A stretch of 63,886 bases of DNA, the filler included, from Streblomastix strix (lineage: Eukaryota): the NCBI GenBank assembly GCA_008636045.1. It is 2 parts of 2 records of this genome, joined end to end, with 100 filler letters (N's around TTAATTAATTAA, not from the genome) between each part and the next. Parts side by side here need not be neighbours in the genome. Positions count along the whole stretch, not along the records: positions 1 to 31,908 come from SNRW01000073.1; positions 32,009 to 63,886 come from SNRW01000074.1. One strand, given 5' to 3'. This document shows, piece after piece, positions 24,443 to 37,200 of the stretch. The notes under the pieces were generated by a model. That model had not been told where the DNA came from and did not search any database. It saw only the letters and a list, made by a program, of their open reading frames with translations. The position numbers and the translations under genes are program-made. Each line of letters starts with the position of its first letter. Position 1 is the first letter of the stretch.

Positions 24443-24606
24443 TCTTGACATAATCTATTTTTGTAAAAATGAAAAGCATTTATGCCGCCAACGGAGTTGG
24501 TAACACATTATCCTAACTATAAATCAGAACAATTAGATAACTTAGCACTAGTGATATAGCTTTTTATATTCAATAATTGAAACGAGGCGGATCAAGTGGT
24601 AGAATA

Positions 24607-25190
24607 ATGTCAAACGAAGAGTACCAATTATTCATAGATAATCACAAAGCATTAATCTAATCTGCAAATAATTAAATCGATGATGGAATTGCATCAGATT
24701 ATGCATTAAAAATCGAACCTAATGGATTGCTAACGATAAAGAATTTGAAGGTGATTAATTTTGACTTTGTTGCTTAGATTAATTAGTTGATTAATTAAGT
24801 GAATTTACTATAACAATCAATTGGAACAACTGAATAGGATATCACTGATATAAAGAATGATATTGAAACCATTAATCAAGAACTATCACGATAAAAATAT
24901 TTCCGAGGATATTATTTATTAAATACTGATACTATAAGTTTACTTAGTTTTGCAAATTGTGATTTTTCATATTGTTCAGAAAGTAAAACAGTATGGATGT
25001 ATGAATAAAATTGGTATAATAGTGGGGAAATAGTAACTTATTAAATAACACCTGCATGCTATGCAACTCTCCAATCAGATGGTACCGCAACTGCAGGATT
25101 TAGTACAGAATATTCACGTGAGGATCATATACATCCAATAAATATAACAACATCTATACCATCTAGTGATTCTGCAAGTTGGATGATTGC
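24607..25190 (+). pseudogene. Putative fibre/spike protein, N-terminal part, truncated
   Basis: MSNEEYQLF..., heptad coiled coil (INQLINQVNLLQQSIGTTEQDITDIKNDIETINQEL), FRGYY, then DGTATAGFSTEYSREDHIHP, a GxAxxGxSxxYxRxDHxHP motif seen in viral tail-fibre-like repeats. The frame runs into AT-rich unrelated sequence after ~25180. Confidence 0.5.
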
Positions 25191-25859
25191 AAACTCAAAA
25201 ATCAAACATATCTTTTTCATAAGAAATATTATAATTAATAATTAAAAAAAAATTTTTTATGAGCCAAATGTGTTGTATATGCTTGTTTGGTAAGATAAAA
25301 AATGTGTAAAAATCATTTAAACATCAGGAAAACCAACCGTCAAAAAAGTTATAGAGGTTTGTCGATCTTCTTTAGGTACGTATTGAAGAGCTAGAAGATT
25401 TTATAAAATAAAAAGATAATTTGTGCATACGAATAGCTGAAAATTCTCCGAAAGAATGGAGAACATTATTGCACACTCCAGTTGTCATCAGTAAGTCATT
25501 AAGTGATTTTGAAGATGACAATTCAACAGGAATTACATGACCATCTGCAAAAGCAGCAATAAAATGAGGAGAGACTAACTATATTCGCATTTCCAAGGAT
25601 ATTTAACACAGATTTGTGAAAAATGGGGGAATATATCTTGTCTGTATTCAGATACTAATATAATTTCTTCTAGTAAATTCATATCCTTCATGTTGAAACT
25701 AAAATGAAAAATGTATTCATTTTTTTTAACTTATATTTTTATTAAAAATAATAGATTTTTTTGTTTTCTCATTTCATACAGGTATAAAATTACTCAGATT
25801 GATTTTATTAAATTTAGTTATATTTTTCATTATTTTTGTATTTTCGAACGCAGACTACA

Positions 25860-27540
25860 AACCAAGTGTTATAGAGTTTTGCAAATAATTTCTAACCACA
25901 GTGGGAAAGTAATGTGGATTAATTTTAAATAATAGAAGAGCAATTCCTTAAGTAGTAACAAAAGCAGAAATGAAATTTGTGATAGAATAACAGCAAATTG
26001 AAGCTCAATGAAGAAAAATGTTAAAAAAGCGAAATTATCTAAAAAAGATATTGATTTCAGATAATGAAAGTGAAAATAGTGATTTAAATTTATCAATATC
26101 AGATATTGCACATATCGATGCAGAAGATTAATATAATAGTAACGATTTATCAAATAATTCAAAAGATTTTGAAGATTAATATTAGGAATAAATGCAACAT
26201 TTCTTAACATTAATTTAATATTAACTTTCTTGGGATCCTGATTCAAATTTAAAGAAATACTTAAAAGAACAAAATTCAAAGAAGAAGAAGAAGAAGAAGA
26301 AAGGCAAGAAAAGGAAAGAAAACTATACGATGATGACGGTTTTGATTCTATCTTATTTCAATAACTGATAATGAAGATTCATAATAATAAGTAACTAAAC
26401 CAATTGAACTATAAATAATAAATGTCAATCAAGACTATGATGGAATATTGGAATAAATTCAACTCGGTCATTTCTTCACGGACAAAACATACGCCTAATA
26501 TGCAATTTTATGGCACTTAACAACTAATTATTGAGAATCGAATGATATATAACAGTAGATTGCAATTATTCACAATATTTCACACTCTCTTCCAATTCAT
26601 ACCAATCAAAGAAAGAATATTCTACAACAACAAATAAAATCTAATAGAATCTTAACAAAGAACAGATTTGTGCAATTTATACTTTGATGCTGACACCATT
26701 TTCTTCCACATCGATTTCAAAGAAAACCTTAATATTGGAATGAACCGATATTAAAATAGTTAAAGCTTTTTCGAAAAAGCGCTAGTTACATGCCTTACTG
26801 CTGTGGTGCACAAGGGAAAACCGAATATTCTAGTATAAATGAAGGTAATCACGTAGCTCTCTCCTGTACTTTTTCTTAATTACAGTTTAACTTTGCTAGC
26901 TATATAGAGAATGTTCGAAAGTGAATTTATGAGTGATATTGAATAAATGCACTGGTGGTCCGATGGCGGGCAACACTTCCGAAATAAACAGTTAATTTGG
27001 GCTTTACTTAACGATGAAGAAGGTTTAATTCCTGGTTTTGACTTCGAAGTGAATTTTACAGTTCCCTACCATGGGATAGGAGCTCCTGATGATATCTTTG
27101 GGATGTACAGCACTGGTTCGAGGAACAATATGCCAAAAGAGGGTATTACTAGTCTAGAAACATTACAACGAGAACTAAAAATTATTAATTGAACATCAAG
27201 CATTAGTGTACAATGATCCAGAAAGAGAACATGAAATACTATTGTATGAATTTAAGATACAATATATGTTATTCTAAATATTTAAATATTCAATTTTTTA
27301 AATCTTCATTATTATAATAATAAAAATAAATTTAATATAGATAGATTTAATGATGAAGATTAATTAGTTATCAATGACTTTAGAAAGTATTTAAATTTCG
27401 TTTCTGGTGACAATGAAATATCAATAAGGCCATTAGCTGGTATTGCTGAAGCTGGAGAAAGGTCATTTCCAATGAAATATACAGTTATGCTTGTGAAACG
27501 TACTCCAAAATGTTTTATTGTTTTAATAAAAGATGAGTGA
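25860..27540 (+). mobile_element. Degenerate DDD transposase gene, Sola2-like, with one intron
   Basis: HIDFKENL (D at 26713), HWWSDGGQHFRN (D at 26962), NFTVPYHGIGAPDDIFG. Frameshift near 27190, GT-AG intron 27244-27344, last exon ends at TGA 27538-27540. The 5' boundary is uncertain. Confidence 0.65.
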
Positions 27541-27564
27541 TACGTAATAAATGTAAAACAAATA

Positions 27565-30500
27565 ATGATACCCATGCTGAACTCGAACGAGAACCAGGCC
27601 GTCGAACAAAATTAAGAAATTCAGATTACAAGAACACATAATGATATTCCTCCTCCAAACACAGGACAACGAGACTAACCTCCGCCAGCTCACGGACTAA
27701 ACGCACAAAGAAATGCAGTAATACCACAGTCAACAACTTTTCCTCCTGCATTGAACACAGAATAAGAAATACCAGAAATTCCAAATGTAATGACAAAAGA
27801 AACCATTAAAGACCACATGCATAGATAGATATTAAAAGGGTTCGATCTAATTCTAGTAGGCAAAGATGATGAAGGACACCACTGGCCAGGCTTTGGTCCA
27901 GGTGTACCACACGCGATAGATTGGAGAAAGTCAAAACAATAAGGAATAGCACCTTCGATGGATGAAGTCATAGCGTTCTGGAGCGAATACAATTTTGATT
28001 TTAGTATAGCATGTGTGAGGAAAGAATATTACTCAGAAGACTGCTCAGAAACATTACAACCAGCCAAATCAACAAGACAAGAATTTAGAAATAGTTTCGG
28101 AAAATATAGAAATAGATCCTTATCACCATATAGTATGAGATCAAGATATGGCTCACCTGAAAGATGAAATGAATCAACATAATTATCAGGATCAAGAGAT
28201 TATTCGAGATCGAGAGACTATTAAGGTCCAAGAGAAACTAGAATAGATGTTGATAGAAATTAAAATTGATATGAAACCAGAGGCGAACCGAGAGGCAGAG
28301 GCCGCGGAGCACATAAGCGGAGAGACTAGAATTATTAAGGAAGAAGTTAAGGCTATAATGATAGAGATCAATCATATTATGGTAGATATAGAGAAGCTTA
28401 AATGTATAATTCAAATATATAAAATAGATTCGTAACAAGATAAAGATTCCAACAAACTGGAATAGAACACACTAATATGATAAAAGGAATGGAGGAGAAG
28501 GCTGGGATGACAAACCAAACGATAAGTGGATAAAACTTACTCAGATGCAAAAGGACACATCTGAGAACCATTGTGATAAAGACTCAATCTGGACGGAAGA
28601 CGAGGCCCCTCAGAACCAAATTATAACACCATAACCAAAATTGCTTGTCCATTATACATAACGAATATAACAGGTACAAGTACAACCAAAACAACAGGCC
28701 CTAGCCCAAGTACCAAGATAGAGAGGTAGAAAAGATTAACCACCAAATCAGGATGATATTGATGAATAAGAAATACTGCAAGAATGGATAGTAGCTCTAT
28801 AGAAATTGAAAGAATAATATGGTATATCTGACTGAGAGAATGATTGGTAATAAAAAATTGGTGAAATAGACTGTAATAATTCTCAAACACCAAGATAAGC
28901 TCAATAAAAATAAAAATAATAACAACATAAAATGAATCAATTATCAGTCTTTAATTAAATAGCAAAATAGCAAATACAATAATAAATAGCAAGTTTTAAA
29001 GCATAATAAAAGTTTATTTCACCTGGGCCAAAAATGATTAACACTGGAATGAACAACGACAAACCAAGTAGCTAATCACAACGACCTGAAACTCCAACAT
29101 AGAAAACGACTCATAGATCAGAATTTAAATAAAGATAAAAGAAATTAGAGAGAGAATTGTAATAATTACAAGCAAGTCAATAGCTTGAACAATAAGAAAA
29201 TAATGATCTCAACAACATGAATGTTGAAATGCCTGATATTCAGGGAACTGTTGGACAGCTAACTTGTCTGTAACCGAGTCCGAGCGCCGAAGGCCCAGGC
29301 TTAAATGCAGGGCTGAGGCCAATGGAAGCGGGGTCAATATCAGCCAGTAATAGAGAAAGAACAGAACCTCAACTAAATGAGGGCCAAGAGGATAATGCTG
29401 AAAAGGAAGAAGATGAGCAAACCGATGAAGCAGCACTAATCCAAAACAAAAACAATAGATTTAATATAATCACATAGCCATAAGATTAAGAGAATCTAGG
29501 AACATAACCATAAAACATTCAAGGCTTGAATGCCTTGAATTAAATGGAAAAAGATGATGCAGGCCCTGCTGCAGTTGGAGTACAGGATAAGCCTAAGAAA
29601 GGAAAAGGAAGTAAAAAAGCAAAAACAGAAGGAATGAATGCCCCTGCTGAATAAAACCAGGGCAATAATGCCCAAGATCAAACAAAAACAGCTCCCAAAG
29701 TTCCAAAAACCAAGGCTACGTCTTGAAAGGCCACAAAAAAGCCTAAAGAATATAAACCCGAACCAAAAAACTCTAATAATGAGGGTGAAGAGGAGCATAG
29801 TCCCTTATCGGGCAGGGACACTCCAACCAAGGGGGATCAGCGTTGAGATCTCCCTCTGGAATAGAGGTGAGGAGCGCGCTGATGATAACGGCTCCTCAGG
29901 AGAAGGAGGAAAGGATTGGAGAATTGATATATATAGAAAATTGGAATGTATTGGGGGAAAGACTAAAAGATTCATACAAGCATGGAAACAAATAGGGAAA
30001 GGAGAATTCTTAAATACTGGATTTTATCTGAGATTTAAAGACTAGAATAGTTAATAAAGACTAGAGGAAAATAAAATGATAATCCCATTTAGAGGAACAT
30101 AAGAAGAGATGAAAGCATATCAAGAAATGTTGAAAGAAGAGTTAGAAGAAGGAATAGTAATACCTATACAATAAGATCAAGTGAAATGGTGGAACCATAC
30201 ATTCCTAATAAAGAAACCTAATGGAACATGGAGGAAAATTTTGGATGCGAGTAAGTTAAATAAGGAAATAGAGAAATTACATTTCAAAATGCATGGACTA
30301 GAGGATGTACAATACCTAGCAAACTAAATGGACTATGCAACATCTCTCGACCTTAAATCAGCATTTCACCACATAACAGTATCTCCAAACTCAATATCAT
30401 ATCTAGCATTTAATTTTAATAGTAATAATTATACATATAAAGCAATGTCTTTTGGGACGAAACACAGTCCAATCTTTTTCGCAGAAACAATAAAATCAAT

Positions 30501-31908
30501 TATTAGATAAATAAGAATTCACTCAGAAATTAAAATTCTGAATGACTGCAAAGATATACTTCTAATCCACTAAAACAAATAAATATTTAAAATATAAACA
30601 ATAGGAATAATGAGAACATTAGAGCAATTCGGATGGACAATATCAGCAGAGAAATGTGAAATAGAACTGAAATAGATAATAACATTCTTGGGATGGATAT
30701 GGAACTAATAGGAAATGAATATAAGAATGTCAGAGGAAAGATAATTGAAAATGATACATGCATTAAAGGACTGGTGCAACGCAATATATAAAAATAAAGG
30801 CGTGAAGATTGGATAAGTTGCAACGCTGATAGGCAGATTAAATTTCCTTAGACCCCGGATAAAAGAAGCGTCTCTGTATCTAATGGAATTAGATAAAGCG
30901 AATACACAAGCATTGAAGACAAAAACATGGGACGAGATAATGATAGTAAACAGAACATTAAACAAAGAACTGAAATGGTGAATAAGGAGAATAGGGGATA
31001 ACCAACCAGATTCATTGATTAACAAAACAGTAACATGCATTTTAACAACTGTCACTTCACCTCATGGCTGGGGAACAACACTTATATACGATAATCAAAT
31101 AGAATTAATACTATATGACTTCTGGAGCGAAAGAAAAGTGGAAATAACAAACGATGCTAAGGAAAGTAAAGCTATTTACTATTAGCTACTCCGCTTCGAG
31201 CAAGTCTTCAAGAAGATGCTAGATCAGGCAGTCTTTATACGTTCAGTCAACATTACTGCAGTCTACGATATTGGGAAAAGGATAGCGAAGAAATCCCTGA
31301 AAGATAGAGTAAAACAATTATTTTACCTAACGAATAGACTTAAATTATAAATATTAACAATCCACATTACAGGAAAATTGAACTCAACAACAGACTCACT
31401 CACAAGAATATGCAGATCAAGAGACTACATACCGAAGGACGGATTGATTTAAATGGTCTGTAAGACATGGAATTATATGCCACAGAAAGACATATTCGCA
31501 ACACAACATAACAAACTAATCAATAACTATGTGACAGTAGATCTCAACGATCTGGGGACACACTTCCATAACACATTCAATTACAAATGGAGTAAAGTCA
31601 AACTATATATCCACCCAACAATACTAGCATTAAACAGAGTATTACAAAAAATGAAGTAAGACAATGCACAGGGAATAATAATAGCACCGATTTGGCAGGA
31701 ACAATCGTTACACATCAAACAAAAGAATTTATTCATTAAATTCCTTTTCTTTGTATTATCAGAGAGAGGATTCTGGAGATGGGACAGAGAATGAAAGACA
31801 AGGATCAAAAACTTCCACCAAACAATGTGGGCGCCTTCCTTCTGGACCTGTTGCAGACGTCGGGAGAGACTTGCTAATGAGATGCATGAAGATGAGAAGA
31901 TTTTCTGA
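27565..31908 (+). mobile_element. DIRS-type (tyrosine recombinase) retrotransposon, degenerate, cut by the assembly linker
   Basis: Long low-complexity gag-like region (27565 to ~29850) followed by pol with RT, RNase H and Dam-like methyltransferase domains. An overlapping second frame starts at ~31780, where DIRS elements begin the recombinase ORF. Confidence 0.85.
29880..31880 (+). pseudogene. DIRS pol: reverse transcriptase, RNase H and methyltransferase-like domains, inactivated
   Basis: FLIKKPNGTWRKILDASKLN, HFKM, SLDLKSAFHHI, YKAMSFGTKHSP; YxDD decayed to NDCKDILL (~30541); RNase H LTTVTSPHGWG (TDAS decayed); MT region DIFATQHNK...LYIHP...IAPIW. In-frame TGA at 30979 and frameshift at ~31765. 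Confidence 0.88.
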
Positions 31909-32008
31909 NNNNNNNNNNNNNNNNNNNNNNNNNNNNNNNNNNNNNNNNNNNNTTAATTAATTAANNNNNNNNNNNNNNNNNNNNNNNNNNNNNNNNNNNN
32001 NNNNNNNN
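31909..32008. other. Artificial contig-joining linker (44 N + TTAATTAATTAA + 44 N)
   Basis: Exactly 100 nt and symmetric. The central 12-mer places standard-code stops in all six frames. Confidence 0.95.
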
Positions 32009-33163
32009 GTAATTGTATTCCAAACTTAAGTTTAATATGAATAATAGAATAAAACAGATGAAATAGACGATTAAAATATAAAATAAGGATAAAGTCCTCC
32101 ATTTCCAAATTAAGTTAAATATAATTAGAATAAGCATTATGCTCTTTCACTTCATCCAAATGAATAATCAGATAGTGATAACAAGTAAAAATCTCCAAAA
32201 AATAATAAAACTACTTCTTTGCAATAAAATTCTGCTGAGGTATCAATTGTTGAACATCAATAAATTCTTTCATAAATAAATTAAACTTCGATTGAATTAC
32301 TTCAGTAAGGTTCAGTTCACTCTGATCATTAAGAAAAAATAGCTTCACAAGATTCAGTTTTTTCCACTTCACAAAATACTGATGAAGGATTTCATTCTTA
32401 AAGACTTTTTTAATCTGTGTTCTAAGTCCACTCATTAACAAATTAATCAACGAATCCAGCATCACCAAATACTTAGAATTCAGAAGATATATTACAGCAT
32501 CCTTCATTATTCTAAACACCTTAATAACAGCGTTCACTTGCATACTAATAATAACACAGATAATCACTTCAATCTTCAAATTCCTCTTCTCTTAATCCAT
32601 TGAACAGCCCAAAGAATAATTAATTATTAATAACAAAACATTCTCATAATTTATAAAAGAAAGAAGTTGGTATAGAAAGTGACATTGAAAATGGCATTGA
32701 AAGGAGGATTGTTAAATAAGAATAGAATAAAGATTAATCACTAATTACAAACATTTCACTATAAACAAATTAATAGGACAATAATTAATAGAATAAAGAT
32801 AAAGATAATTAAGCATGGGAAGATATATAAGATATTAAAAAGATTAAACTTAAAGAAGATGAGAATGAATAAGATCATAATATTTCTAATATCAATGTTT
32901 AAGAAGATATTAAAAAAGATAAAGATGATTAAACTCAATCAACTAACATTCATGATTAATAAAACAGGGACTCATAATCAGAATCAAAAAATGAAACAAA
33001 TAAATAACAAATAAATTAAGTTAGAATTGATGAAAATATTCATCCTTAATTAAATATCGACGATTAATAATAATAACCTGAAGCAGACATTCAAATTTCG
33101 GAAACAACTTAAAATACAGCCATTAAATTGTCTGATAAAATATAATGTTGTTATATTTTATGA
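32009..33163 (+). CDS. 3' part of a host gene: Q/N/S-rich low-complexity region ending in a CaaX motif
   Basis: 384 codons open under TAR=Gln from the contig start to TGA 33161-33163; ends ...DKIQCCYIL*. Confidence 0.7.
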
Positions 33164-34221
33164 TCATTTATTTTTAAGTTAATTAACAAACCGGAATTTA
33201 ATTTCTGTTAAAAATATTAAACTCATCATCAATTATAATTTACTTATTTAATTTGTATTCATATTATTGTTTATTAACAAGCGTCATTTCTTTATTATTA
33301 TCTATATCTGTCACAAATTTTTACTAATTTATTTTAAACATCTGTTTTATTGCATCTATCAGTGTTTTTATTATTAAAACACATGAAATTTGATTTTATT
33401 AGATTAATTTTAAACAATAGCTTTCATTCTTAATAAATAAAATCACTGCATTATAAGTATTTATTAGTTTTATTCAATATTATTTGTATTATATTATATT
33501 CATACAACTTTTTTTAATCAATTAATTCTCATTTTATCATTTTTATAATTTTTACTCTGTGATATTTAGTCATTCACTATATATTGTTATTCTATAAATC
33601 CTTATTTATCATTTAATTTAATTTTTTAATTGTGCATTTAAAGCACACACAATAAATACCAAGCTTTTGAAAGAATATTTTGTGAAAACTGGTGAAAAAG
33701 ATTGATCAAAAAGATGGACGTTACATTTATCCTTGTTTAATGCTGATAAACAATCAAAAAATACAATAATTAGTTCAGGAAGAATGTTTTATTCATTTTG
33801 TACAACGCCACCAACAACTGGTGATCACTCATCATCTAAATTAATGTATAGATTCTTGCATCAACTGCAAACTTGTCTCGTAGACATAATTGAAGTATGT
33901 GTTTTATTGTTAAATTGCATCGCATGCTCATATATATACATTTAAATTATATGATTGTTTTTTTAAACTACATTCGCGCCGTACGAAAGAAAATCATTAT
34001 TGACATTTATGATCACAATATTATAGCATGCAATATTAAAATTATTATTTAATTTTAATTATTGTACTCTTAATATTAATTTCACTAATTAAAAATATAT
34101 GCAAATGCAAAAAAATAGATTTTAAATTTTTTTAATATTAATCGATGAGATTGATTCAAAGCATTCATTTTTATACTTACTTTATTTATATTATATCATT
34201 AGAGTCATTATTAAGGACATA

Positions 34222-37200
34222 ATGATTGAATAGCCGACTCCAGAAGAACTGGCCAAGTGGGAATGTATGACAAATTATTTTGATTATTTCCTTTTAATTT
34301 CCCCTTACAGCATATGGCCCAGAAGAGATTGAGAAGCGAAAACGGCATCAGAATCTTGTAATATAAGAAATCATATCAACCGAGCAGACATATGTTGAGC
34401 AACTACAAACATTAATCGAAGTTTACAATTTGATTTATTTCTTCAGAAATTATTTATTCTCTTTTTTTTTGCTACAGGTTTTTCTTATTCCTCTAAGAAC
34501 AGGAAATTATGGGTTGAATGCTCGTGATATTCGTGTCATATTCTCCAATGTAGAGATTCTTTTCCAGTTCAACACAATGCTGTTAGAGCAATTACAAGCT
34601 GCTGTAGCATAAGGTGGATTAATGATCTGCAAAGTATTCTTGAAAATAGCGAACTATCTTAAAACATATACCCCTTATGTATCAAATCTTAAGAACAGTC
34701 AAGCTTTGGTATAAAAGCTACTCAAATCCAATAAGAAGTTTGCACAATTAGAGAATGAAGCCAGGAATAATCCAAGATGCAAAAGATATCATTTGGCAAC
34801 ATTCTTAGTTCTCCCTGTGTAGAGAATACCCAGATATGAACTTCTCTTAAGAGAATTAATTAAGAATACACCTCCTACAAACCCTGAGAGCCTGGATCTA
34901 CGTAAAGCATATCATAAAATGACTGAAATATCAGCATCTGTTGATGAAGCAAAGAAACATGTTGATTAATCCCAGAGATTGATATAGATAAAAGAAACTC
35001 TAACAGATGCTGAAGAAACTTAATAGATTATTATATCTAATAGACGTTGCCTATTCGAAGCACCTGCAATACACATTCAAACTTCAGAATACAAACTTCC
35101 AATTGATGGTCTCAATGAACAATCAATATAAGAATAAATCCCACTTCCTGCTTAATCACCAGGAGCTAATTTTGAGGAAAATGATGAAGCTAAATATATG
35201 TATTAACCAACTCAAATTAATCTTACTGGTATCCGACCAACATAACAATAGAATTATCCAGAGAAGACACCTCGTACAATCCAAGTATTTATATTCAATG
35301 ATTCAATATTCATGGCACTTGAAGATCGATCTAAAGGGAAAAGGCATTTTGGAGAATTATACCCACTGCACTTCTTGAATGAAGTTCATGTTGAGAATGA
35401 AGAAGAATCTGGAAGTTAAGGATCATCAACACCAACTGGTCAATAGAATAAAATGTCTCTTCTTAACCTTTCTCTGAGAATACCAGTTAAATTTGATCCA
35501 ATACATCCTTCATGCACAAAACTATTAGATGAATTCAAATATGTCAGTTAATTAGAAGAAGTAGCGATTGTATAGACACTTTAACTTGTGCGCGTAACTC
35601 GTGAAGAAGCAGAAGGGGATTTATTCCGTATTATTCAACTTAGAATTAGATTTGATGATTAATCAGGTGCAATGGATGCAGTTAGAAGCATTGAAGAAGC
35701 ATCAGAAGGATTGATTCAACTTCGCAGAAACCAATAAGATCTCCTAATGAAGAATGAGATAAGATAATAATAAATTACACATACTGAATAAAGAGAGAAA
35801 GAAAGAGAAGGAATATTAGATGATAAGAGAGATTTAGATGATGAAGATCAGAGTCCAGATTTATAGAAGAAAGAATATAAGAGATCTGGAGATAATGAAG
35901 ATCAATCAGATGATGAAGGAAAGAAAGAAATTAATTAGGATAAAGGAGACACGATCAGAAGGAATTAGAAGGCTAAATAGAAAATATTAGAGTAAGAGAT
36001 GTCTAAATTGAAGCTGAATATAGCAGCTGCTGAGAAGGAAACTTAAGTTGTCAAACTCACAGATGAAGAGAAGATGCAGTTGTATCGACTGAGACATAAT
36101 CATTTATAGAGATTCTTATTAGAAGAGAAGAAGTACTATTAGAAGTTGAAGGAGATTATAGAGAACTATTTGGACCCATTGAAGAAGGCCGTTGAGAAGA
36201 ATCCTCCTCCACCAGATACTGGAGATAAGTAACTGTAATATAAGTTCCTAAGAATGGATGATATTAAATTAATATTTGGTCCAATTGATGTTATTTGCAG
36301 AACTACTGAACAGCTTTTGAAGGATCTTGGTGCATTGGATACTCAAAGTGCTCAATAATCTGGAAAAGGAGGTCTGAAGATTATGGGTTTCTTCAGTAAA
36401 TAACCAAAATAAGACACATCATCATTATCCAATAGTCTGAATGCTCCACCAACTAATATATAAGAAGCAGTTATTCGTGGAGAAGAGATTGGAAAGACTT
36501 TCAGATAAGTTGCATCATTTATGAAAGTGTACAGTCTGTATGTAGCTAGTAGGGAAGAAGCATAATAAAGGATCAATAGTCTTGTTAATAATGGATGTAC
36601 TACATTTAGCTCAGTTATATAGAAAGGTTTTTAGAATGCATGTAATAATGGAACAGGATGTACAATGGAAGATCTTCTTTCAGAACCACTGGATCATCTA
36701 ACTCTATATAGTACTATTATATCTTCTCTTATTGATAGTACTCCATTTATGGATTCAGCTAGAAACTATTTATAAGAAGCTGAATCAAGAATGTAAGCAG
36801 TAGAAGTACAGATAGAAACACTTTCTAAACTTCATGAAAGACGAAATGCAGTTGTTAATATAGCCAACTTAATATAATAATATATAGAATTGAAAGGAAA
36901 GGAATATAAAGTAGATGAAGATGATGATGAATTTGATAAAGCTGACAAGAGAATATCTGGAATGGGTGCATTAAAAGAGAACTATCCAGATTGTGTATTC
37001 TCAGAATAACTTTATTCAGACATTCTCATAAACCATATATTGATAACTCCTTCTAGACTTCATATATCTGAATATCCTGTAAGAGACATTGCTGTATTAA
37101 TCAGTCCTCTTAATCGAGGTGAAGATGAACTACTTTTGGCTGAAGCATAATAAAGATGGATGGTTAAAATAATGCAGAAAACAGCTTAATAGAAAGAAAA

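Larger units (their letters stand above)
9886..25190. mobile_element. Cluster of Polinton/Maverick-like endogenous viral element remnants
   Basis: Co-located pPolB, rve integrase, A32-like ATPase, putative MCP and minor capsid, and fibre-like gene. Dense, apparently intronless genes in both orientations. No TIRs or TSD recognised by eye. Confidence 0.85.

Noticed and set aside
26279..26302. (GAA)n tract as a distinct repeat element
   Set aside because: Short microsatellite encoding a poly-Glu/Lys stretch in the degenerate transposase region.
1..31908. TGA readthrough (Trp or Sec) in the element genes
   Set aside because: In-frame TGAs co-occur with frameshifts and decayed catalytic motifs and replace varied residues (Arg, Trp, Gly). 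Host genes use TGA as stop. Decay explains them.
31953..31964. Palindromic TTAATTAATTAA inside the N-run as a biological site
   Set aside because: It is a synthetic six-frame stop linker. Adjacency of the left (mobile) and right (host) halves is therefore not evidence of linkage.
33640..33930. Open minus-strand frame of ~95 codons
   Set aside because: No motif was recognised, and open frames of this length arise easily when only TGA terminates.
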